A stretch of DNA of 64,000 nucleotides from Candidatus Uhrbacteria bacterium (GTDB lineage: Bacteria; Patescibacteriota; Patescibacteriia; JACPHY01). Location: contig JACPHY010000001.1 in assembly GCA_016188355.1 (NCBI GenBank), positions 38,125 to 102,124 of the forward strand. Direction: 5' to 3'. The position numbers were made by a program, and so were the translations under genes. Within the stretch, counting starts at the first letter, position 1. Each line of letters begins with the position of its first letter. Shown in pieces: positions 57,578 through 64,000 of this stretch. The notes under the pieces were generated by a model that saw only the letters and a list, made by a program, of their open reading frames with translations, ran no database searches and was not told the DNA's origin.

Positions 57578-59371
57578 ATGCCGTTGCCGGAAATCAATAC
57601 AACCGTGACCACTTCCGCTCGCCTGTGCGAGCGGAAGTGGCGGTTTGCAGAAGAGGCGCCTCCGGAATTTCTCGCGACGGCACAGGGGATGCCGGCCCCC
57701 CTCGCGCATCTTTGCTATCAGCGCGGATTGCGCACATGGGAATCGGTGCAAGAGTTTCTCCATCCTGACTACGCGACGCATCTCCATGACCCGTGGAGCT
57801 TCCGTCACATGGAGCGTGTGGTGGATCGTATTTGGTTTGCTCGGGAACGCGGGGAGCATATCTTGGTACACGGAGATTATGATGCGGACGGGGTGAGTGG
57901 TGCGGCGATGCTCTCCGAGACGCTCGAGGCGCTGGGATGTACCACGGACGTGTTCATTCCGCATCGCGAGCGTGACGGCTACGGGTTTACCGCTGCCGCG
58001 CTCGCCTATGCTCGGGAACGAGATATCCGCGTGATCGTCACCTGCGATTGCGGGATTGCTAATGCGGCGACGATCGCAACGGCGCAGGAACGTGGCATCG
58101 ACGTGGTGGTGACGGATCATCACTGCATACCTACCGATGCTACCGGTGCAGCGGTACTCCCGCCGGCATACGCCATCCTGCATCCCGGAGTTCCCGGAGA
58201 AACATATCCATTCCCCCATCTCACCGGCGGCGGTGTCGCATTTAAGCTCTGCGTGGCGCTCGTCCAGCGCGACCGCGCATCGGCTGCGCCTCGTCTGCCG
58301 CGCGGGTTTGAAAAATGGCTGCTCGATTGCGTCGCGATTGCTACGGTGGCGGATCTCGGAGTGCTGATGGGTGAAAATCGAGTACTCGTGCGATATGGAC
58401 TGACCGTGCTCGAGAAAACGCGGCGTCCCGGTCTGCGCGCGCTCTACGATCTCGCGCGCATCACGCCGGAGCGCATCACGCCAACGACCATTGGCTTCCA
58501 GATCGCACCGCGCATGAATGCGGCGGGACGTCTCGCCCATGCGCGTACCGCGTGGGAGCTGTTGCGCGCGACGGAGGCACCGCATGCGCGTGTGTTGGCG
58601 GAGCAGTTGGAGACGTGGAATACGGAGCGCCAACGGCTGGTGGAAGATGCGGCGCGGGAAGCCATTGCGCAGGTCGGTGATCGCGGCGCGCGTCGATCGG
58701 TGGTGGCGGTGGGTGCGGAGTGGTCTCCCGGTATTGTGGGCCTGGTGGCGACGCGTTTGCGGGAACAGTACGCGTGTCCTGCGTTTGCGCTCACCACAGC
58801 GGGGGAGAAGATTGTGGGATCCGGTCGGAGCGTGGAGGGATTTGATATTGTGGAAGCGCTGCGAGCGGCGTCCGATACGCTGGCGGCGTTTGGTGGCCAT
58901 CCGCAAGCATGCGGATTCACGGTCAAGAGCGCAGCGGACATCGCGGTATTCACGGAACGTGTGGATGCATATGCACAACTGCATTGTACGGAAGAGCAGT
59001 TGGTGCCGACGCTGCGGGTAGATCTCGTGCTCGAGTTTGCTGCGCTTTCGTGGGAGTTTGCGGAGCAATTAGCGCAGCTCGGGCCGTTTGGCGTTGGCCA
59101 CCCGGCACCGCTCTTTTGTTTTCGTGCGGTGCGCATCGAGGCGGTTCGGGCGATGGGTGCTTCCGGGCGGCATGCGCGCCTCGGTATGCGCGAGGTACGG
59201 TCCGGCATGGTGCGATCGGTAGTGGTATTCTCGTATATGGATCGTTTCCCGCATCTCGTTCCGGGCATGGTTGTGGATCTTGTGGCTGAAGTGGAGCCGC
59301 GCGAATGGAATGGCCAGCGTGAGGTACAGGTACGCGCCGTGGACATGCGAGTCACGGCAGAACATATATGA
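57578..59371 (+). CDS. recJ: ssDNA exonuclease RecJ
   Basis: GDYDADG, TCDCG, TDHH, ATVAD, PRMNAAGRL, GSGRS, GGHPQACG. Confidence 0.96.
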   Translation: MPLPEINTTVTTSARLCERKWRFAEEAPPEFLATAQGMPAPLAHLCYQRGLRTWESVQEFLHPDYATHLHDPWSFRHMERVVDRIWFARERGEHILVHGDYDADGVSGAAMLSETLEALGCTTDVFIPHRERDGYGFTAAALAYARERDIRVIVTCDCGIANAATIATAQERGIDVVVTDHHCIPTDATGAAVLPPAYAILHPGVPGETYPFPHLTGGGVAFKLCVALVQRDRASAAPRLPRGFEKWLLDCVAIATVADLGVLMGENRVLVRYGLTVLEKTRRPGLRALYDLARITPERITPTTIGFQIAPRMNAAGRLAHARTAWELLRATEAPHARVLAEQLETWNTERQRLVEDAAREAIAQVGDRGARRSVVAVGAEWSPGIVGLVATRLREQYACPAFALTTAGEKIVGSGRSVEGFDIVEALRAASDTLAAFGGHPQACGFTVKSAADIAVFTERVDAYAQLHCTEEQLVPTLRVDLVLEFAALSWEFAEQLAQLGPFGVGHPAPLFCFRAVRIEAVRAMGASGRHARLGMREVRSGMVRSVVVFSYMDRFPHLVPGMVVDLVAEVEPREWNGQREVQVRAVDMRVTAEHI

Positions 59372-59531
59372 GACCTCTGCAAAAATCCAGATTCGCGCCA
59401 GGAACGCGCTGTTCGGCTGCGCTGCGTTCCTCGACCGCTCACGAGATCCGCTGGATATCGCTCGGGTCTGCGTCGCGCAGCTCGCTCGCACATCACGTCC
59501 CTGGCGCGAAAGCGATTTTTGTAGAGGTCTC
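59370..59531. mobile_element. 162-bp MITE-like palindromic repeat (full copy)
   Basis: GAGACCTCTGCAAAAATC...GATTTTTGTAGAGGTCTC; fills the whole recJ-rnhA gap. Confidence 0.88.
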
Positions 59532-59533
59532 CT

Positions 59534-59989
59534 ATGAAACTTCAGGTGTCGACGGATGGTGGGGCGCGCGGTAATCCCGGACCTGCGGCATTGGGATTCG
59601 TGATCCGTGATGCCGCTGGGCGCACGATTGAAGCGGTGGGGGAGTACCTCGGGGAAATGACGAATAATCAGGCCGAGTATCGGGCAATGGTCGCTGCGCT
59701 CACCCGTGCGCGAGAATTGGGGGCGACCGACGTGGAAGCGCTGGCGGATTCGGAGCTGCTCGTGAAACAGCTCAATCGGCAATATCGGGTCAAAAATGCG
59801 GGGCTTGCGCCCCTGTTTCTTGCGGTGTGGAATTTGGCACAATCGTTTCGATCCTGCACCTTTCGGCATATTCGTCGAGAGCAGAATCGCGCGGCAGATC
59901 GTATGGTGAATCTTGCCATTGATCAACGGGGTGTCGTGCGAGAACGGTCGACGGATGCGCAGGACGCTTCCGGTGATGTGTTGCACTGA
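59534..59989 (+). CDS. rnhA: Ribonuclease HI
   Basis: TDGGARGNPGPA, TNNQAEY, DSELLVKQL, HIRREQNRAAD. Confidence 0.92.
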   Translation: MKLQVSTDGGARGNPGPAALGFVIRDAAGRTIEAVGEYLGEMTNNQAEYRAMVAALTRARELGATDVEALADSELLVKQLNRQYRVKNAGLAPLFLAVWNLAQSFRSCTFRHIRREQNRAADRMVNLAIDQRGVVRERSTDAQDASGDVLH

Positions 59990-60061
59990 CGGGTGTGGCG
60001 ACGCGGTGATGGTTTTCCCCCGAAGCCCTTCGAGATTCGTGGTACATTGGAGAAAACCGTT

Positions 60062-62197
60062 ATGCGGCTACGGGTTCGGGTGGTCGTGGGCGCGTGCATG
60101 ATGACGGCAGTGGCGGTGCTCCTGCCGCGTTTTGTATTTGCGGGAGCCCAAGAGAATGCAACGGGATGGGCGTGGAGTGCGGCGGCGGGATGGATTTCCA
60201 TGAACTCCACGAACTGCACGACACTCAACGCACAGCAGGCGAGCGACCCTCCCTGTGGTGCCGGATACTCGTATGGCGTCCATGTGTCGGATACCGGGTA
60301 TCTCACGGGACATGCGTGGTCGCGGACCTTGGGATGGATTTGTGTGGGTGCTTCGTGTACGGGGACCGCAGGAGCGGTGCCGGCGGGAGGATGGCGCGCT
60401 CGTGCGAATGCGCTGACCGGTGAGGTGGTGGGGTGGGCAAAGATATTGTCCTCCGGGGATTCCGGGTGGATTTCGTTTTCTTGTGAAAATACGCGCACCT
60501 GTGGGACGGTGGCCTATCGGACGACGCTCGATGTCGCTATGGGACAGTTCTCTGGTCACGCGTGGAATGGAGCGCGTTCGACCACAGGAACGGAGTTGCC
60601 AGCGATTGGATGGATTGCGTGGCGGCCATCGTACGGTGGAGTATCGACCACATGGCATCCAGAACCGCGATGCTCGGAAACGGGACGTGCGTGCCGCACG
60701 AATTTCGAGTGTGAATTGCCGGGCGAGTTGTGCTGTTTGGGTGGTGCGCCCTGCGGCAGGTGTGGTGGTGCGGGAGCGGAATGTGGTTTGAGCGCAACCT
60801 GTAATGCGGGAACCATCTGCTGTTTACCGGGGATTGCGTGCGGGCGTTGCGTGGCCGACGGAAACACGTGTGGGAACAACGCGGAATGCACAGGTGGTGG
60901 ACGAGATTCCTGCTGTCCGCCGGGCGCGCTATGCACGCGCGACATCGACGCTCGTGGCGGAGGCGCGTCGGGTGGTGGCGTTCCGCTGTCTGCGGTGGGG
61001 TTCTGTTCCGGGACTGGAACGGGGTGCGTGGATGATGCGCAGTGTCCCGCGGGGGTGGCGTGCGTATTTGACCGGGGTATGTGTACCCAGCAGGAAGCGA
61101 GTCAGTGCACGTTGGGATCCGCGTGTGCTGGCGAGGGATCTTCCTGTGATGCCGATATTGGACTTTGCGATCGGAACGATGCGAACGGAAATACGATTCC
61201 TTGTTTGAGTGATGGGTGGTGCGCGTCTATGGTGGGCGCAGGTGCAGAATGTCGGAAAATCGTCGGGAAGTGCACCAATGGAGAGGAGCGGCTCTGTGTG
61301 GATGATCGGAACTGTACGCGCGAGAGCAGTCGTTGTGGTCAGCTGTACCTTCCGTGGGTGCAGACGCAATTCGGAACGGTATACAGCGCGGGTCGAGTGG
61401 GGAGCGTACGGACGCCGCCGCCGCCCGCGGGGCAGTACAATGCGACCTACTGTGTGCTTTCCGGTGGTACGATCGTGAATTTTTTGAGCGCGGAGGGGTG
61501 TGGCGCAGCGTCACAATCGTCCTACGGGCAACTTGCATTGCCGAAGCATCCCGATTATGTGGGTACGCTCGCGCGTTTGGATGTGGACGGCATTCGATCT
61601 GGTCGGTATGGCGCCCCACAGGAGTTGCCGGTGACGCATTCGGGACAGCAGCTATCGCCGTGGACTGGTACGGTGACACTGCGAGGAGCGGTGTATCTCG
61701 TCGAAGGTCGGGATGTGGAAATCGGTGATCAGGGGCTGGTGATGCAGAATGCGGTGGGGGATCAGAGTGGCGCGGGAACCGTGATCATCCGCGGCGGAAA
61801 TCTCCGCGTGCATGGGAATATCTCCTACCCTGTTGCCGATCGTGCACCCACCAACATCCGCCATCTTGCATCTCCGGGTTGGTTGGTGCTGCGCGATGCG
61901 AATGGTCGTGGCGGCGACATCATTATCGATCCCCCCGTCTCCCAATTGGTGGGCGCATTTTATGCGGAAGGAGAGATACGTACGGGATCTACCGGTCGCG
62001 CAGCGACCGATGTGCCGCTTGCGGTTCGGGGTGTGCTGATTGCTCGGCGATTGCTTTTCGAGCGACTGCGATCACGCGGTGGACAGCCCGCTGAACAGGT
62101 GACTGCAGATGGCCGTGTGCTCGCAAATCCGCCACCGGGATTCGGTGACCTCGCGCGTTCGTTGCCGCAGGTACGTGTGGTCGCACCAAATCCGTGA
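60062..62197 (+). CDS. Secreted Cys-rich protein upstream of pilM
   Basis: Signal peptide, four G[WH]A[WK]..GWI repeats, a long Cys-rich centre, and a C-terminal domain ending ANPPPGF. Confidence 0.75.
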   Translation: MRLRVRVVVGACMMTAVAVLLPRFVFAGAQENATGWAWSAAAGWISMNSTNCTTLNAQQASDPPCGAGYSYGVHVSDTGYLTGHAWSRTLGWICVGASCTGTAGAVPAGGWRARANALTGEVVGWAKILSSGDSGWISFSCENTRTCGTVAYRTTLDVAMGQFSGHAWNGARSTTGTELPAIGWIAWRPSYGGVSTTWHPEPRCSETGRACRTNFECELPGELCCLGGAPCGRCGGAGAECGLSATCNAGTICCLPGIACGRCVADGNTCGNNAECTGGGRDSCCPPGALCTRDIDARGGGASGGGVPLSAVGFCSGTGTGCVDDAQCPAGVACVFDRGMCTQQEASQCTLGSACAGEGSSCDADIGLCDRNDANGNTIPCLSDGWCASMVGAGAECRKIVGKCTNGEERLCVDDRNCTRESSRCGQLYLPWVQTQFGTVYSAGRVGSVRTPPPPAGQYNATYCVLSGGTIVNFLSAEGCGAASQSSYGQLALPKHPDYVGTLARLDVDGIRSGRYGAPQELPVTHSGQQLSPWTGTVTLRGAVYLVEGRDVEIGDQGLVMQNAVGDQSGAGTVIIRGGNLRVHGNISYPVADRAPTNIRHLASPGWLVLRDANGRGGDIIIDPPVSQLVGAFYAEGEIRTGSTGRAATDVPLAVRGVLIARRLLFERLRSRGGQPAEQVTADGRVLANPPPGFGDLARSLPQVRVVAPNP

Positions 62198-62287
62198 GGC
62201 GGTGCTTGTTCGTGCGAGGGAATTTTGTCCGTCCATGGTACGATGGATGTGGATAATGATCCGCCACAAATCGAGTGAGGCTTCTGT

Positions 62288-63364
62288 ATGGGTTTTTTTT
62301 CACGAAAACCGGAGAACTATCTTGGGGTCGATATTGGCGCAGGGGGCATCAAGGTGGTGGAGCTGCGCAGTGATAAACACCGCGCGCGATTATCGACGTA
62401 CGGTTTTGCGGATGTGGTGACGGCCACGGAGAATCCCGCATCTAATTTGAGCGGAGATTTGGGGGAGACGTCCGCCATTCTCCGGGAGATTCACGCGCGT
62501 GCACATGGGGAGGCGACCCGAGCGGTGGCAAGTCTCCCGATTGCGGCAGTATTCAGTTCGATCATTTCGCTGCCGCGCATGGGTAAAAAAGAGCTGCCCG
62601 CAGCGGTTGCTTGGGAGGCAAAGAAGATCGTGCCACTACCGATCGAGGACATGATTTTGGATTGGAAGTTGCTCACGCCGGAGTCCGAGCTGACGAAGAA
62701 AGACGGTGCGAGTACTATCCGCGTCCTGCTCACTGGTGCCGCGAAATCGCTCGTCGGACAATACCTGACCGTATTCAAGCAAGCGAAATTGGAGCTCGTG
62801 AGTCTCGAGACCGAGGCATTCGCATTGATTCGATCTCTCGTGGGTGATGATCCCTCCGTAGTATTAATTTTGGATATTGGCGCTGCACGAACCTCCATGG
62901 TGGTGGTGGATGATGGGGTGCCGGTGCTGAGTCGAGGAGTGGATGTGGGCGGGAACCACATCACGGCAGCTATCGCGAATGCGCTCGGAACGAGCGCGGA
63001 TGATGCGGAGCAGGTCAAGCTCGATCTCGCGGTAGCGGCTATCGGAAATCCCGCGGCGGCGGCGCTTCCCGCCATCCTCGCGAATGCCGTTGCCCCGGTG
63101 GTGCAGGAGGTGCGGTACGGCATGAATCTCTACCTTTCCCAGGAGAGCGCTCGAGGTCGGGTGGTGGAAAAAATCATCCTTGCGGGGGGAAGCGCGCTGC
63201 TCCCGGGCATCACGGAGATTTTTGCGCAAGCGCTTGATCTCCGGGTGTTTGTGGGGGATCCTTGGGCACGCGTGATTTATCCGGTGGATCTCCGCCCCAC
63301 GCTGGATGCGATTGGTCCGCGATTTGCGGTGTCGGTGGGTCTTGCGATGCGGGAGATCCATTGA
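62288..63364 (+). CDS. pilM: Type IV pilus assembly protein PilM
   Basis: GVDIGAGGIKVVEL, EAKKIVPLP, LDIGA, ILAGGSA, FAVSVGLAMR. Confidence 0.92.
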   Translation: MGFFSRKPENYLGVDIGAGGIKVVELRSDKHRARLSTYGFADVVTATENPASNLSGDLGETSAILREIHARAHGEATRAVASLPIAAVFSSIISLPRMGKKELPAAVAWEAKKIVPLPIEDMILDWKLLTPESELTKKDGASTIRVLLTGAAKSLVGQYLTVFKQAKLELVSLETEAFALIRSLVGDDPSVVLILDIGAARTSMVVVDDGVPVLSRGVDVGGNHITAAIANALGTSADDAEQVKLDLAVAAIGNPAAAALPAILANAVAPVVQEVRYGMNLYLSQESARGRVVEKIILAGGSALLPGITEIFAQALDLRVFVGDPWARVIYPVDLRPTLDAIGPRFAVSVGLAMREIH

Positions 63365-63383
63365 TGGTCTTTCTGGATACCGC

Positions 63384-64000
63384 ATGACGCGTATGTCACG
63401 TACTCCGTCCTTCATTCCAGAAGAGGTGCGTCGTACACCGAAACGAGCAGCTACCGCTTCGGCGGGCGACAAGGATGCGTTTTATATTCCCGCACGATCG
63501 GATAAGAAGGTCGCGGCAACACCGATAGCTGATCCTCCCATTGCGGAATCCACTGCGGAACCGGCGGTAGTACCGCATTCGGTATCACCGCCTGCGGTAT
63601 CGTCGTCTACGCCCCAGCCGACGGAAGTCGGCATCAATACCGACCTGCACATTCCTGCGGCATCCACTATGCGGGGAGAAGGGGGTGGTATCACGCTCAT
63701 TCCGGAGGAACTTCGTGCTACTGCGACTGCGCCGCCGTGGTGGCCGATGTGGGTGGGTGGAATTGCGACTGCCCTTGCGGTTTTGTTGATTGGCGGCACT
63801 TGGTTCACGCTATCGCGGCTCATTGCGCGCGAGTGGGAGGTGGTCGGCGCATTGGAGACCCGGCGGGATGGCCTTCGGAAGCAGTTGGCTGAATCCGAGC
63901 GCGCACTTGAACCGCTCCGTGCGACGGCGCGTCGTGCGACGGCGGTCACGAAATTACTCCCATCGCATCGACGTTGGGGGCCGGTGTTTGCGCTCATTGA
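63384..64000 (+). CDS. PilN-like protein (runs off the window)
   Basis: Open frame to the edge: low-complexity N-terminus, ITLIPEE, TM, coiled coil, LLPSHRRW; follows pilM. Confidence 0.6.
   Translation, partial: MTRMSRTPSFIPEEVRRTPKRAATASAGDKDAFYIPARSDKKVAATPIADPPIAESTAEPAVVPHSVSPPAVSSSTPQPTEVGINTDLHIPAASTMRGEGGGITLIPEELRATATAPPWWPMWVGGIATALAVLLIGGTWFTLSRLIAREWEVVGALETRRDGLRKQLAESERALEPLRATARRATAVTKLLPSHRRWGPVFALI

Noticed and set aside
12677-59531. Dispersed palindromic repeats as a CRISPR array
   Set aside because: Copies are tens of kb apart with no repeat-spacer periodicity and no cas genes.
1-64000. Alternative genetic code (UGA=Gly) or selenocysteine recoding
   Set aside because: Many conserved genes (pyrG, murG, murF, cysS, recJ, pilM) end at TGA at their expected C-termini.

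Overview
This is a GC-rich, densely coding, mostly + strand bacterial chromosome segment. TGA is used as a stop, so the genetic code is standard code 11. Gene content and protein styles suggest Patescibacteria/CPR, probably Parcubacteria-like (inference, no search run). Housekeeping genes: dispersed cell-wall genes (murA, mraY-ftsW-murG, ftsI-like PBP, murF, murJ), a partial dTDP-rhamnose locus, rplI, rpmA, pyrG, cysS, lepA, dnaX, recJ, rnhA, a CIRCE-controlled hrcA-grpE-dnaK..dnaJ cluster, pilM and three tRNAs (Lys-UUU, Glu-CUC, Gln-CUG). I saw no CRISPR array, rRNA, transposase, integrase or reverse transcriptase. The most notable observations are: (1) a module behind tRNA-Glu encoding an HTH protein, a seamless fusion of a RelA/SpoT/Mesh1-type HD hydrolase to a CofE/F420-ligase-like domain, and a translationally coupled P-loop kinase; (2) a 162-bp palindromic MITE-like family at gene junctions, whose ends supply a stop codon and SD-like GAGGT motifs, plus a second 175-bp element with related ends; (3) a ~5.2-kb modular fibre/adhesin gene with near-identical internal DNA repeats, in-frame module deletions and a 2-bp frameshift, which could reflect recombinational variation or misassembly; (4) several large Cys-rich surface proteins, one directly upstream of pilM; (5) a window-wide expression grammar of TGnTAnnnT promoters and T immediately before ATG. 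All product calls come from motif recognition by eye.
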